Notes: a model not told the origin generated them from the letters alone. 64,000 bases of DNA from Macrostomum lignano (GCA_002269645.1 NIVC01000460.1:372001-436000), one strand, 5' to 3'; numbered from the stretch's first letter, positions 33,243-47,534 are shown. Numbers and translations: made by a program.

Positions 33243-35380
33243 GAATGCGAGTTGAGGTGGTTTCAATCAGATTTAAGATCTGAAATGCTCTTAATTTATA
33301 AGCTCAAAATGTTTCAAATAGAGTTCCAGGCAGACTAAAATTTTCCTGTATCTATATCTGTTAATCTAACCTATCACTTATTATATTAAGTGTCTTGTTT
33401 ATGTATTGTATAAGACTAATAACCAGGCCTTCATTCCTCTTAACTTTAGTATCTACCATCCTATCCAAATAATGTACATAAGTTAATAATTGCTCTTATC
33501 AAAGCTTTGAAACTAGCAAAGTTCATTTTTATTAAGTCTGAAGCTGTAAAATGGTCTTAAGTATTTTAGGTTTTCAGTTTAGTGGCTAGACTAATTTTAC
33601 TAGATACATGATGACTTGGCCTAGATATTAGTATATTCTACCTAGACCTTTATACCAGTAACTTCCTATAGCTATGACTAGCTAGCTGCTAGCTAATAAG
33701 ATTATAAACAATATGGTCTCTTATTTATAGAATTAACAATATGAAAAAGCCAAAACTTGAGCCTTGAGCCTAACAAATATAAACTTATTATAAACTTTAA
33801 CTTACCATAAGATTAGTATATTAAGTCTCTAGAGTGTTATAGACATTCAAGCATACAAACCTTAGAGATTTCCTATATTTAGATAGAAGAGATTTCATAT
33901 ATTGTGATAACTTTTGCCATGCTACACTGCATTATACTAGGCTGATCTATACTAGACACAGTCTACCAAAATGCCCAGGCCTATTTGCTGCAATTAGGTT
34001 TATATATTTTATCTAAAAAAGGCCCTATGCTTAATAAAAACTTTTTATAGCCACATTTGTAGCTATAATAGGCCCCCTAGTGGAACTCTAAGATATATAA
34101 TATTATTCAAAATTTAAAATTAGAGATTTTTGATAAATATAGAATATAACTTATGTAAGAACTTTATAGGTTTTAATTTATGCCTTTTGAATATTTATTC
34201 CTATTTTAGGCAGTAATAAGTAATTTCTTAGCCAAAATATCATTATAGAAAATTTCTAATCACAAATATAATAGGCCTACCAGTTTAAAAAAATTGGTTA
34301 TAAGCCATTTTTTGAAAATATAAATCAAACACCTAAATAGATAGATATCTAATAACAAACTATTTTTAATATATTAGGATTATAATTTATTTGCTTAGGC
34401 CTCAATCAATTTGTAGGCCTAGGATTTTTTCTTTGACTTAGGACAAAAATTGTTTTAATTTAAAAGACAGAATACAAAATACTTTTTTAATATTAGGCCC
34501 TAATAATTTTATTTATTAACTGTATGCAATTCCATGATATTGTGAATATAATATTGTCCAAAATTAGCATTTTGGTTGTTTGAATCAAATTTTATAAAGC
34601 CTGTTAACAAACATTGTTTGCTTATTTAGATATTATTAATATATGTGGTAGTAGCCTAGTGAATGCAATGGTAAAATTTAAATACAAAATACAAATAGGT
34701 CTATGTGTATGGCTACTATCTAATTAATAAGCCATACCAGTACTGTAAGGTTTAAGTGAAGCTAAAAATACTGTTTGTAAGAATAATTCACATTTTAAGT
34801 CACATTTTAAAACTGGAGTCGACTGTCGAGAAACAGTCTATTGTAAAAACTTTAGAGTCTTACATATTAAAAACCGACATGAATTACTTGGCTATGGCAA
34901 TCGGACTTCAACTGTAATAAAATGCAAATACAAGAAAAGTACGTGAGTGTGACTTGCGTGTCTTGCTTGATATGATGTTTTGACTTGATTCCGAGTTTTC
35001 TTTTAAAAAATTTAAGAACTAAAACAAAAAAAATCGAATAAAGCTTACTTTATAAAGTGATTTGACAATAAAAGTAGCATACAGACTTTAAATATCTTTA
35101 CTAAAATATATTTATATTAATTTTCTATTTTATTTATTAAGTAAAAACTCGAAAAGTTTTTGTATTTTTTTAATTTAGAGAATAAACTAAGAATTGAACT
35201 AGTTCGATTGCATTTGTTCGGTCCCGAAATGGACAAAAAAGACAAAATGTGATTGTGTCTGTGATTAAAGACCAAATTATTTATTTGACATCACTTCTAA
35301 AATAATTTTAGGCTTCTTGGCGTGCCTTCTGCTGACGTCATGCCAATAGTTAGTGTTGCCTTGGTGGATTTCACTGTAGA

Positions 35381-35402
35381 ATGTCATTAATTTGCGTCTG
35401 TG
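35381..35402 (+). CDS. unc-13: unc-13/Munc13 exon 1
   Basis: ATG TCA TTA ATT TGC GTC TGT G then GTAAGT = MSLICVC, matching the Munc13 MSLLCV N-terminus. Confidence 0.88.
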
Positions 35403-35903
35403 GTAAGTCAGTTTTATTTTATTTAAGTAACTTTGGTGATTCGCAGAAAAATCCTGATTACTGTTTTATATATTCAAGCTAGTTTTGCGTTTAAGAGTAA
35501 TACTTCGTTTTATTAGCAATTCAATAATCACCAAGACGTCATATTAAAAATTATTTTTATAGTAAACTGGGACTGTAATGGCTAAACCTAAGGCCCTGTA
35601 AATGTTTTTAGGAGTGGAATATATTCGCTCTATAGCTTCAGACTATAAAAGATGTGTTGAACCTCATTATCATATTTTGAATGCCTTCGTAATTAGCCAT
35701 TGTTAAATTTATGTATATATTTTATTGTAATTCTCAAGCTGGATTTCTGAGCTATTAACAAGATAACTCTTGTAATTTAAAAGCTAAAAATCGAGTTAGG
35801 TTTAGAGAATTCACTGTAAATATTAAAAACTAACTGTCCTGTCTTGTTTATTATATTTATTGAAAGAGAATACACATACTTCCGAACTTGTATGTTATTT
35901 TAG

Positions 35904-36033
35904 TGAAAAAGGCCAGCATCGCTGGTGACGGGTCACAGCTCAACACTTACGTCTGTCTAAAGCTGCAAAATGTGAAGTCCACAACAATCGCAGTGAAAGG
36001 ATGTGTGCCTTCGTGGGAGCAGGACTTTATGTT
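35904..36033 (+). CDS. unc-13: unc-13 exon 2 (C2A)
   Basis: VKKA...[30 protein letters not shown]; tttag acceptor, GTAAGT donor. Confidence 0.95.
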
Positions 36034-36534
36034 GTAAGTATTGGAAATTAATTGCTTTAAAAGTGATGAATTGGGCTTTCAAAGTTGTATTGTCCTTGAC
36101 TAATTTTTAATTAAAACTGCAGTCTGTCGATGCTAGTAAAATAATAAAAGTAAGCAAAGTAAGGATCTTGACTATGAAATCTCAAACCCCAGAGCTGATC
36201 AATTCTGGCAGACTGCCCAGAATAGATACTCGTACATTCCCTCAAAGCTCACTGTCAATCATTTTTGGTTTAGTGTCGTTAGCGCAGTTAAAAAAAGCTG
36301 TTTACCGAACAATTTTCACCGAGATCTTGACTTTGCTATTCATGACTTCGAAGTGGGCCTTCCGTTCTGGTTTAGTTTAATATACCCGCGTAAGTTTTAT
36401 TTGGCTGCAAAGCCAGCAGTCTGGGAATGATTGATAAGTCAGATTTCGTAACTTTACTGCAGTTCCCGAAATCCACATCACTGCTTCTCTCGCCTTTTAA
36501 TAAATGTGAATACATCAATCACGTTACACACACC

Positions 36535-36741
36535 CTGTCTGCCCACCTGTCTGCTTGCTATATGTCATCTTAGTGTCTGTGTATGTCTGGCTGTCTGTCT
36601 GTCTGTCTGTCTGTCTATGTGTCTCTGTCTGTCTGTCTGTCTATGTGTCTCTGTCTGTCTGTCTATGTGTCTCTGTCTGTCTGTCTTAGTGTCTGTCTGT
36701 CTGTCTCTGTCTGTCTATGTGTCTCTGTCTGTCTGTCTTAG

Positions 36742-36772
<31 letters not shown>

Positions 36773-36938
36773 GTGTCTCTGTCTGTCTATGTGTCTCTGT
36801 CTGTCTGTCTTAGTGTCTGTCTGTCTGTCTGTGTCTGTCTGTCTGTTTGTCTATGTGTCTCTGTCTGTCTGTCTGTCTGTCTATATGTCTCTGTCTGTCT
36901 GTCTTAGTGTCTTAGTGTCTGTCTGTGTCTGTCTGTCG

Positions 36939-36969
<31 letters not shown>

Positions 36970-37069
36970 GGTCTTAGTGTCTGTCTGTCTGTCTGTCTGT
37001 CTGTCGGTCTTAGTGTCTGTCTGTCTGTCTGTCTGTCTGTCTTGGTGTCTGTCTGGCTGTCTGTCTGCC

Positions 37070-37105
<36 letters not shown>
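36535..37105. repeat. (CTGT)n microsatellite, degenerate
   Basis: Read directly. Confidence 0.95.
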
Positions 37106-37106
<1 letters not shown>

Positions 37107-37729
37107 TTCTCTGTGACTGTCTCACAACCCTAACCTGCACCGCTCACTCCCTTCAGAGCACCCAACACAATGCTGATTTCAGTGGTGTGACGACCTGTTC
37201 ACTTAAAGCTACAAGACTCAGAAGTCGCCTCCACACTCCTATTCTCCCACTCTCCCGCCCCTTCCATTCCGCCACCCACGGCAGCGGCAGTCTATCAATA
37301 GCCGCCTGAGCTCCCTCCCCATTCCCCAGCGCGCCCTGCTGAAGCCTGGCTGAGCTGTTTTGCGTGACGAAGCACTTTCCCAAATATATTGCCAGTCAGC
37401 TTGTAGCCAACCAAACTGGGACGCCTTGGAGGCTTGGCGCTCCTTATCCCTTTCTGTTCCTCTCCTCCCTCTTTCCCTTGCCCTTCTCTCGCCACTCTGT
37501 CCCCGGACCTGGCAGTGCACAGGTTTGGCACATCTTCGCTCCCATTTTATTCCTTAACTCTCCCATCGGTGTAATTCCCAGTGTGTTATGAAAGTCCTTC
37601 AATACTCTTATTTTTCTCCATGCAGCGCAGCTTTTTTTGATAATTTCTGCCGGCCATTTACTCTGGGATAGTATTTTAGTGGCAAATTGAGAATTTGTAA
37701 TGATCTTTGAAATCCAATTCTCACGATTC

Positions 37730-38385
37730 CATTGACCCAAAATTCCACTGACCCAAGAATTCCACTGACCCACGATCCCATTGACCCACGCTTCCATTTA
37801 CCCACGCTTCCATTTACCCACGATTCCATTGACCCACGCTTCCATTGACTCACGATTCCATTGACCTAAAATTCCACTGACCCACGATTCCATTGACCCA
37901 CGATTCAATTGACCCACGATTCCATTGACCCACGATCCCATTGACACACAATCTTATTGACCCACGATTCCATTGACCTACGATTTGACCGACGATTCCA
38001 TTGACCCACGATCCCATTGACCTACGATTTTACCGACGATTCCATTGACCCACGATTCCATTGACCCACGATTTTACCGACGATTCCATTGACCCACGAT
38101 TCCATTGACCCACGATTCCATTGACCTACGATTTTACCGACGATTCCATTGACCCACGATTCCATTGACCCACGATTCCATTGACCCACGATTTGACCGA
38201 CGATTCCATTGACCCACGATTCCATTGACCCACGATTCCATTGACCTACGATTTGACCGACGATTCCATCTGACCCACTCTACCATCTGACCCACTATCC
38301 CAGCTGACCCACGCTACCATCTGACCCACTATTCCATCTGACCCACTACATGTATACCATCTGACCCACTGTACCATCTGACCCA
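37730..38385. repeat. Minisatellite, ~16-17-bp units (ccacgattccattgac grading into ccatctgacccact)
   Basis: Read directly. Confidence 0.9.
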
Positions 38386-38452
38386 AAATTCGATAAACCT
38401 CCACTTAGGCCCAGCTATAAGAAACACTTAAAACCATTGAAAATGCTTACAG

Positions 38453-38570
38453 CGAGGCCCACACTCTCAACACTGGACTGACAGCGGAACTGTGGAACAA
38501 AGGCGTCTTCTGGGACAGGATGCTGGGCTGCGCATGGATACCGCTTGGCGAGGTGAACGAGTCTGCCAAG
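38453..38570 (+). CDS. unc-13: unc-13 exon 3 (C2A)
   Basis: FEAHTLNTGLTAELWNKGVFWDRMLGCAWIPL. Confidence 0.92.
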
Positions 38571-38654
38571 GTAGCAAAAAGCTTTCTTATAATTTACCTA
38601 ATTTACCAATTTCATAAATTATTTGATACATTTTTTGTTTCAAATCATTCCCAG

Positions 38655-38778
38655 GAGGGTCTCGGCCGATGGGTGAACATGGACAGCGAATACGTGATTC
38701 ACAGAGGTGCCATTGTGGGAACCCGCGGCCCCACAGACCACCGACTGTTGTTGGACATCCGCATGGAGCATGGATACG
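38655..38778 (+). CDS. unc-13: unc-13 exon 4 (end of C2A)
   Basis: EGLGRWVNMDSE...GTRGPTDHRLLLDIRME; GTGAGT donor (phase 1). Confidence 0.92.
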
Positions 38779-39176
38779 GTGAGTTGTTATTAATTTTGAA
38801 GTCATACAGCTTTAGTGACGCCATACTTGGAATGGTCAAGCCGATCTGTCACGCTCTCCATCAGCCAAGCGCTCATTCTGATACAAAAAAATGATCCGAA
38901 AGAAGTCGAAGTTAAAAGTCGTCTGGGCTCGTCGAGGACCGCGGCTTCAACTTACGAGTATTTCCTGGAACTGACCTATCAATAATCCAGCACTCTATTT
39001 GATTTGCTCACTGAGTTCAAGTCCAGATCATTGAGCTGGATAGATCCTGGACAACCCCAGCTCTAACCCCATCAACATTCACCCACTGACAGGAGCTTAT
39101 GAAGTAAAAATTGAGACTGTCTGACTGTCTGTCCGGCTGTCTGGACTCCAGGAGTACTTTAGGTTCCGGGAGAAGT

Positions 39177-39217
<41 letters not shown>

Positions 39218-39289
39218 CTGATGCACTTTTTATACTGATAATTGATGCCCTAATAAAGTTTATTTGAAACTCTGATTTGTAGTGTCCTG

Positions 39290-40045
39290 ATCCTTCAGCG
39301 AGCCCCTCCACCCCTCCCGATCCTTCAGCGAGCTCCGCCACCCCCTCCCGATCCTTCAGCGAGCTCCGCCACCCCCTCCCGATCCTTCAGCGAGCCCCTC
39401 CACCCCTCCCGATCCTTCAGCGAGCCCCTCCACCCCCTCCCGGTCGTTCAGCGAGCCCCTCCACCCCCTCCCGATCCTCCAGCGAGCTCCGCCACCCCCT
39501 CCCGATCCTTCAGCGAGCCCCTCCACCCCCTCCCGATCCTCCAGCGAGCCCCTCCACCCCCTCCCGATCCTCCAGCGAGCCCCTCCACCCCCTCCCGGTC
39601 CTTCAGCGAGCCCCTCCACCCCCTCCCGATCCTCCAGCGAGCTCCTCCACCCCTCCCGATCCTTCAGCGAGCTCCGCCACCCCCTCCCGATCCTCCAGCG
39701 AGCTCCGCCACCCCCTCCTGATCCTTCAGCGAGCCCCTCCACCCCCTCCCGATCCTCCAGCGAGCCCCTCCACCCCCTCCCGATCCTCCAGCGAGCCCCT
39801 CCACCCCTCCCGGTCCTTCAGCGAGCTCCGCCACCCCCTCCCGATCCTCCAGCGAGCCCCTCCACCCCTCCCGATCCTTCAGCGAGCTCCGCCACCCCCT
39901 CCCGATCCTCCAGCGAGCCCCTCCACCCCTCCCGATCCTCCAGCGAGCTCCGCCACCCCCTCCCGATCCTCCAGTGAGCTCCGCCACCCCCTCCCGATCC
40001 TTCAGCGAGCTCCGCCACCCCCTCCCGATCCTCCAGCGAGCTCCG
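39290..40045. repeat. C-rich minisatellite, ~30-bp unit (ccccctcccgatcctccagcgagctccgcca)
   Basis: Read directly. Confidence 0.95.
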
Positions 40046-40609
40046 CCTCCTCTGTGCAACTATTTAGCGAATATTAAATATGATTTATCACGACAGCAGT
40101 AATGCTAACGATATGAAAAATTGAATTCCTCTCTGCCAGAATTCTATTAATCCCCTGTTGCATTGGTGATCCCTTTCTCCCGTCTCGCTCCTCTTGCCTT
40201 CGAAGAGCAGGGCGATAATTATTTGAGGCACGAAATGCTCAAAGTCAGCAGCTCAGAGTCTCAGTGTCCCCCTCCTCAAGTCAGGGAAAGAGGTCTTTCG
40301 GCTCTTGACTCGGGCTTTGAAATCAATTCTCTCGCACTCCTTTGCCATCGCTGCTCCCCCTATTTTGCCCAGTCTGGCTTATGAGAGGCATTTATTATTA
40401 TTCCCTTTCTCTCGGGCTCGCTGCCCTGCCCTGCCCTGGGCCTGGGAACCGGCTCGGGGCCGCGCTGCACTGCGAGAAATTGCTCGTATAGCCGCCCTCT
40501 CTTGCCCTCTATTGCCTCCTGTCCGTTGCCCTGCCCTCTCTGCTTTGCTCCCTTTGCCTCCTTTTATCTTGTAGGGTACAGCGAATCTTGCGTGACCTGA
40601 CCGCTCTCT

Positions 40610-41435
40610 CTTCACCCTTTTTCTCTCTCTTTACCCTCTCTCTTCACCCTCTCTCTCTTCATCCTCTCTCTCTTTACCCTCTCTCTTTACCCTCTCTCTT
40701 TACCCTCTCTCTTCACCCTCTCTCTCTTCACCCTCTCTCTCTTCATCCTCTCTCTCTTTACCCTCTCTCTTTACCCTCTCTCTTTACCCTCTCTCTTCAC
40801 CCTCTCTCTCTTCACCCTCTCTCTCTTCACCCTCTCTCTCTTCATCCTCTCTCTCTTTACCCTCTCTCTTTACCCTCTCTCTTCACCCTTTTTCTCTCTC
40901 TTTACCCTCTCTCTTTACCCTCTCTCTCTTTACCCTCTCTCTCTTTACCCTCTCTCTCTTCAACCTCTCTCTCTTTACCCTCTCTCTCTTTACCCTCTCT
41001 CTTCACCCTCTCTCTCTTTACCCTCTCTCTTCACCCTCTCTCTCTTCACCCTCTCTCTCTTTACCCTCTCTCTCTTCAACCTCTCTCTCTCTTCAACCTC
41101 TCTCTCTCTTCATCCTCTCTCTCTTCACCCTCTCTCTCTTTACCCTCTCTCTCTCTTTACCCTCTCTCTCTTCATCCTCTCTCTCTTCACCCTCTCTCTC
41201 TTTACCCTCTCTCTCTTCAACCTCTCTCTCTTCACCCTCTCTCTCTTTACCCTCTCTCTCTTCAACCTCTCTCTTTACCCTCTCTTCACCCTCTCTCTCT
41301 CTTTACCCTCTCTCTCTTCACCCTCTCTCTCTTTACCCTCTCTCTCTTCAACCTCTCTCTCTTTACCCTCTCTTCACCCTCTCTCTCTTTACCCTCTCTT
41401 CACCCTCTCTCTCTTTACCCTCTCTCTTCACCCTC
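40610..41435. repeat. CT-rich repeat (ctctctctttacc / ctctctcttcacc)
   Basis: Read directly. Confidence 0.93.
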
Positions 41436-42536
41436 TTTTCTCCTGTGTCTCAATCTCTGCGTCAAATTCGTGTCCAATTTCCCTATACTCTCCAGCTTGC
41501 TAATTTCCTCCAGAGGACCCAATAAGCAGCGTGCTTTTCCAGGCAGAAGAAAAAGTTTTATATGGAGAGTTCGTGGGCAGGATTTCGCTGTGTGCTCTCT
41601 CTGTGTTGCATAGAGATGCGTCTAAACAGGCCGCGGCAACACCGCCATGAAACAAGATCGGCGCTCCTCGCCCTTTTCTCGTCTTTGGACCGGGGCCAAA
41701 GTCACGAATTATTCATCAAGGCGCTGCTCTCACCGCATTCATCCCATACACTCTGCGCCTCTCCCCTCCCTCATCAGCATCTTATAAGCGTCATCTATTT
41801 TAGCAGTAACGCGCGCCCGGTTTTGAAAGTCGAGCGTTTCTCGTCCGGCTGTCTTGGAAACTAAGAAAAAAACTTTTCGGAGGAGGCCTTGAGACTTCAC
41901 CATCTCCTCAGCTTCCTGTGTTTCTCTCCGCGCCAAGCCTCCCCATCCAGTGCTCTCCCTTCCCCTCTCTGCACCCTCCACACACACACACACAGTTCCC
42001 ATTCCCTTCTACGCCCTGCGTCCTCCCCATCGCAGCTCTGCCTCGCTCCTTTTTGTGGCTAAATCGATTTTCCCAAGATGGCCCGGCCAGCTCAGGCCCC
42101 TCAGCCTATGGCACACAGCGAGAGTGCCTGGGCACACACAGGGGGAATGGCGAACTTGCACTCTTGTATGTGTCTCTTTTCCTCTGTGTGTGTGCGCGGC
42201 CCGAACTCTCACAGTCACATAACTTTCATTTCCCTTTCTCCTTTGTCGACCCCTGAGCCACTGTTGGTTCATGGCGAGCTGCTTGTCACTGGTGTTATGA
42301 GTATTTTTAGCGTCTTTTTTGTAGTGCAAATAAATCAATCAGGGCGAAGGCTCACTGTTCTCACCTTCAGCTGAAACAACCTTAGGGGTGCTCCACTGCC
42401 TTTGCCCAATTCGTCACGGTTTCTTTATTCTCTTCAAAGAACTGTCGCTTCTTCTGCTCGGCTCTGCGCAACTGACGCATTCAAGCTTTAATAATATTGT
42501 CTTTTCTGGCCAGAATCCATTCGATTTTCTCGTGTC

Positions 42537-42780
42537 TCCTCTCCCCTCCTCTCCTCTCCCCTCCCCTCCTCTCCTCTCCCCTCCTCTCCTCTCCTCTCCC
42601 CTCCCCTCCTCTCCCCTCCTCTCCTCTCCTCTCCCCTCCCCTCCTCTCCCCTCCTCTCCTCTCCTCTCCTCTCCTCCTCTCCTCTCCTCTCCCCTCCTCT
42701 CCTCTCCCCTTCACTCCATCCTCTCCTCTCCTCTCCCCTCCCCTCCTCTCCTCTCCTCTCCTCTCCTCTCCTCTCCTCTC
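42537..42780. repeat. (CTCCT)n-like pyrimidine tract
   Basis: Read directly. Confidence 0.9.
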
Positions 42781-43305
42781 ATCTCTGCCAGATGTGCTCA
42801 GCCAGACAGCTCAAGGATTTCTCAAGGATATGGATTCCGACTCGATACTCGAACAAATATTGTTATTGCTCTGAGACAAGTATCGCAGAGCTAAAACAGC
42901 TCCTCAGTTATCAGCCACTGTCTACTTCCGCTCTGCAGAAGAAAATTTCATTCAATGGCTCTATTACTATGCGTCCTCTCGCCGATTGTGTGCTGGCTAT
43001 AAATTAGAACAGCACCGCCAGCCTACCCTGCCAGCAGTGCCACAGTGGCCTCCGTGTCATTTATTTAGATTTTCTACATATCCTATTCACACACATACAC
43101 AGAATTGTAAAATTCTGTAGAGACTGAGCTGCTGCGCCACACTCACCTCCACTTCATCGGGATGAAGCCAATTCTCGCTACCCGTGGCATTAAAATTCAG
43201 CTCTGTGATTAATTTCCCACTGCACAAATATGAGTTCCATATTTGGGCATGCTGAATTTTTGTTTACCTCTTGGACTGATAATGAATGCATTGTGTGGCC
43301 TGAAC

Positions 43306-43817
<512 letters not shown>

Positions 43818-43835
43818 CCAACTCTCCCATTGCAG

Positions 43836-43897
43836 GGGCAGACCAGCATCAGATGCAGCTGCGCCTATCCCGGCTCAAAGCCTCGCGCGATGAAGAG
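43836..43897 (+). CDS. unc-13: unc-13 exon 5
   Basis: cattgcag acceptor (phase 1), GTAAGT donor (phase 0); GADQHQMQLRLSRLKASRDEE aligns loosely with the post-C2A helix. Confidence 0.78.
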
Positions 43898-44215
43898 GTA
43901 AGTGAGTCTGCTTTCAGTGAAGCAGGGCAGCTCGCAAGTTCCTTTGTTCTATTCGATCTGAGCTTGAGACAAAATGCAGAAGGCAGATAAATGCCGCAAA
44001 CAAGCGTACTTTTGTATTGAATTAGCATTAGCGAGCATTTCCAATATGTATCAACGCTCAGAACCCCGCCAGAGACTGCACTAAATAGCATAAGCTAATT
44101 ACCATATTTCCTCATTACAGCGGAATCATAGTTAGGGGGGATATTCTAGACTTGAGACTCCGCCATCTCCCTCCCACGCCAACTTTCATCACAACTAAAC
44201 TGCTCCCAACTGCAG

Positions 44216-44445
44216 TGCATGAGCGAAGACTCGGACTACACAAGCGACTACAATCTGCCAATGCATCATCAGCATAATTTGCCAGCGTTCCAGTATCGGT
44301 CTGAACTGATGCTGCGGCAGCAGGGGCTCCCCCCGGCAGCGGCTCCGCCTTCCTCTCTGTGGGCAGGGGAAGATCCGGAGCCGATGTCTTATAATAGTCG
44401 GCCCCCTGGCTTGCCTGGCATCTACTCCAGTCGAGGCCAGGGTGC

Positions 44446-44479
<34 letters not shown>

Positions 44480-44562
44480 CATCAGCATCAGCATCAGCAG
44501 CAGCAGCAGCAGTACTCTATGTACAGAGGCGGAGCTGCCATGGAGCCTGGGCGGTATGGAGA
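44216..44562 (+). CDS. unc-13: unc-13 exon 6
   Basis: SEDSDYTSDYN...HQHN motif of invertebrate UNC-13 long isoforms; GTAAGT donor (phase 2). Confidence 0.85.
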
Positions 44563-44644
44563 GTAAGTTTGCGACCTATGTTTCTGACTGCTTTTTGTTG
44601 CTGTATTAGCGCTCTTGATTTGGATTGAGGTTGGTTTTGATTAT

Positions 44645-45810
44645 ATGGCTTCAGTGGATTTAGATTCTGTGGCTTCAGTGGGTTTAGATTCTATGGCTTC
44701 AGTGGATTTAGATTCTGTGGCTTCAGTAGATTTAGATTCTATGGCTTCAGTGGGCTTAGATTCTGTGGCTTCAGTGGGATTAGATTCTGTGGCTTCAGTG
44801 GGTTTAGATTCTATGGCTTCAGTGGGTTTAGATTCTGTGGCTTCAGTGGGTTTAGATTCTATGGCTTCAGTGGGTTTAGATTCTGTGGCTTCAGTGGGTT
44901 CAGATTCTGTAGCTTCAGTGTGTTTAGATTCTGTGGCTTCAGTGGGTTTGGATTCTGTGGCTTCAGTGGATTTAGATTCTGTGGCTTCAGTGGGTTTAGA
45001 TTCTGTAGCTTCAGTGGGTTTAGATTCTATGACTTCAGTGGGTTTAGACTCTGTGGCTTCAGTGGGTTTAGATTCTATGGCTTCAGTGGATTTAGATTCT
45101 GTGGCTTCAGTGGGCTTAGATTCTGTGGCTTCAGTGGGTTTAGATCCTATGGCTTCAGTGGATTTAGATTCTATGGCTTCAGTGGATTTAGGTTCTGTGG
45201 CTTCAGTGGGCTTAGATTCTGTGGCTTCAGTGGGTTTAGATCCTATGGCTTCAGTGGGTTTAGATTCAATGGCTTCAGTGGGTTTAGATTCAATGGCTTC
45301 AGTGGGTTTAGATTCCGTGGCTTCAGTGGGTTTAGATTCTATGGCTTCAATGGGTTTAGGTTCTGTGGCTTCAGTGGGTTTAGATTCTATGGCTTCAGTG
45401 GATTTAGATTCTGTGGCTTCAGTGGGCTTAGATTCTGTGGCTTCAGTGGGTTTAGATTCTGTGGCTTCAGTGGGTTTAGATTCTGTGGCTTCAGTGGGTT
45501 TAGATTCAATGGCTTCAGTGGGTTTAGATCCTATGGCTTGAGTGGGATTAGATTCTGTGGCTTCAATGGGTTTAGGTTCTGTGGCTTCAGTGGGTTTAGA
45601 TTCAATGGCTTCAGTGGGTTTAGATTCTGTGGCTTCAGTGGATGTAGATTATGTAGCTTCAGTGGGTTTAGATTCAATGGCTTCAGTGGGTTTAGATTCA
45701 ATGGCTTCAGTGGGTTTAGATTCAATGGCTTCAGTGGGTTTAGATTCTGTGGCTTCAGTGGATGTAGATTATGTAGCTTCAGTGGGTTTAGATTTAATGG
45801 CTTTAGTGGG
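44645..45810. repeat. Minisatellite, 24-bp unit (ggcttcagtgggtttagattctgt), ~48 copies
   Basis: Read directly. Confidence 0.97.
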
Positions 45811-46342
45811 TTTAAACAACATTTTTATACAAGCCAAATAATGCCTTTTTGAAGAGCCCTTTTAAATTATCCCAGTAACTAAGGATCCCCTAACTTTGGG
45901 GATCCCCTTGGCAACAGCCGTAGGTGATTTATTTTGAAGAGTAACTCTCTGTGGAAACTGCATGACTGAAAGGAATCAACTGGTGAATAGTTAATGAGAA
46001 TGAGGTAGTCCTGAGCTAACGGTTTCTTGGTAAATTATTGATTTAACGGTGAGTAGAAGATAATTCCGCAAGGACGGGGGTTGTTAATTACTCGCAGTTC
46101 TGTTCCTAAGATATGACTAAGCCTGAGCTCATATGCTCATCCATATTATCGCGTGCGGATTAACCCGGCATGAGAGCATGAGCTTCTGAAGATCAGGATA
46201 TTAATCGATTTTAGCGACCGCGGCGGACTCCGGGCCTCCCAAAGTTGAAAGTTTTTTTTCGCTCAAGTTTGTTTGAATAGATCGATAGATTATCATGCGG
46301 CGAAGACTTTGCTCACAATGTGTTTCTTCTGCATTTTTTCAG

Positions 46343-46369
46343 CGTTCCAACCGACGCGTATTCGAGACG
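46343..46369 (+). CDS. unc-13: unc-13 27-nt microexon (candidate exon 7)
   Basis: cattttttcag acceptor, GTGAGT donor, phase 2-2, open frame (D)VPTDAYSR. Confidence 0.65.
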
Positions 46370-46414
46370 GTGAGTGGCCTGCTGTGTGATTGGTGTTGTT
46401 GTTTGGAATGGTGG

Positions 46415-47040
46415 AGAAGAGGGTGTGAGAGGTAGAGAACAGGGTGAGAGAGGTAGAGAAGAGGGTGTGAGAGGTAGAGAAGAGGGTGTGAGAGGTAGAG
46501 AAGAGGGTGTGAGAGGTAGAGAACAGGGTGAGAGAGGTAGAGAAGATGGTGTGAGAGGTAGAGAAGAGGGTGTGAGAGGTAGAGAAGAGGGTGTGAGAGG
46601 TAGAGAAGAGGGTGTGAGAGGTAGAGAAGAGGGTGTGAAAGGTAGAGAAGAGGGTGTGAGAGGTAGAGAAGATGGTGTGAGAGGTAGAGAAGAGGGTGAG
46701 AGAGGTAGAGAAGAGGGTGAGAGAGGTAGAGAATATGGTGTGAGAGGTAGAGAAGAGGGTGTGAGAGGTAGAGAAGAGGGTGAGAGAGGTAGAGAAGAGG
46801 GTGAGAGAGGTAGAGAAGAGGGTGTGAGAGGTAGAGAAGAGGGTGAGAGAGGTAGAGAAGAGGGTGAGAGAGGTAGAGAAGATGGTGTGAGAGGTAGAGA
46901 AGAGGGTGTGAGAGGTAGAGAAGAGGGTGAGAGAGGTAGAGAAGAGGGTGTGAGGTAGAGAAGAGGGTGTGAGAGGTAGAGAAGAGGGTGTGAGAGGTAG
47001 AGAAGAGGGTGTGAGAGGTAGAGAAGAGGGTGTGAGAGGT
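46415..47040. repeat. Purine-rich minisatellite, 21-bp unit (gagaggtagagaagagggtgt)
   Basis: Read directly. Confidence 0.96.
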
Positions 47041-47335
47041 AGGAGAAGTGGGTGTAATATGTGGGAGATGACGTATCAAAAGTACATACCGGAATTGAGA
47101 GCTCTCTTCATGAATATAAAGTGACTCTCCAAGATCCTCATATTGCTCAAAAGCAGAATTCTCTTTGAACTCTGAACTCGTAAAATTCGATTTCTATATT
47201 CCTAGTGTGTTTGTTTCCTGGAGAGCATTTGCTCAAACTTGAGCATCAATGATTAAATTAAGCTGATGTAGCTCTCGATTCGATCCTTAAAAATGATGTC
47301 AATAAACTTCTCAATTCTTAACTCTGAAATTTCAG

Positions 47336-47467
47336 GCAGCAGTTTATGTCCTACTACTACTCAAGCTCGGAGGATGAGCAGTACAGACCGTATCCGTCCT
47401 TTCCTCCACCTCCGCCTTCCCTGACCAACACAGCCACCACGAGTGCAGAAGACCGCGAGAGGCTAGA
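47336..47467 (+). CDS. unc-13: unc-13 candidate exon 8
   Basis: aatttcag acceptor, GTGAGT donor, phase 2-2, QQFMSYYYSSSEDEQYRPYP... Confidence 0.7.
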
Positions 47468-47534
47468 GTGAGTTGCTGGCGTCTGATTTCACTTCAAAAT
47501 ATTTGCTGCTTTTCGTTTTTGTTCAGGAGCAATT

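Noticed and set aside
42790-42880. Possible poison or terminal exon of unc-13 after the CT tract (DVLSQTAQ...LLLL*), which would give a C2A-only product
   Set aside because: The acceptor may be a by-product of the pyrimidine repeat; no good donor or poly(A) signal; needs RNA data
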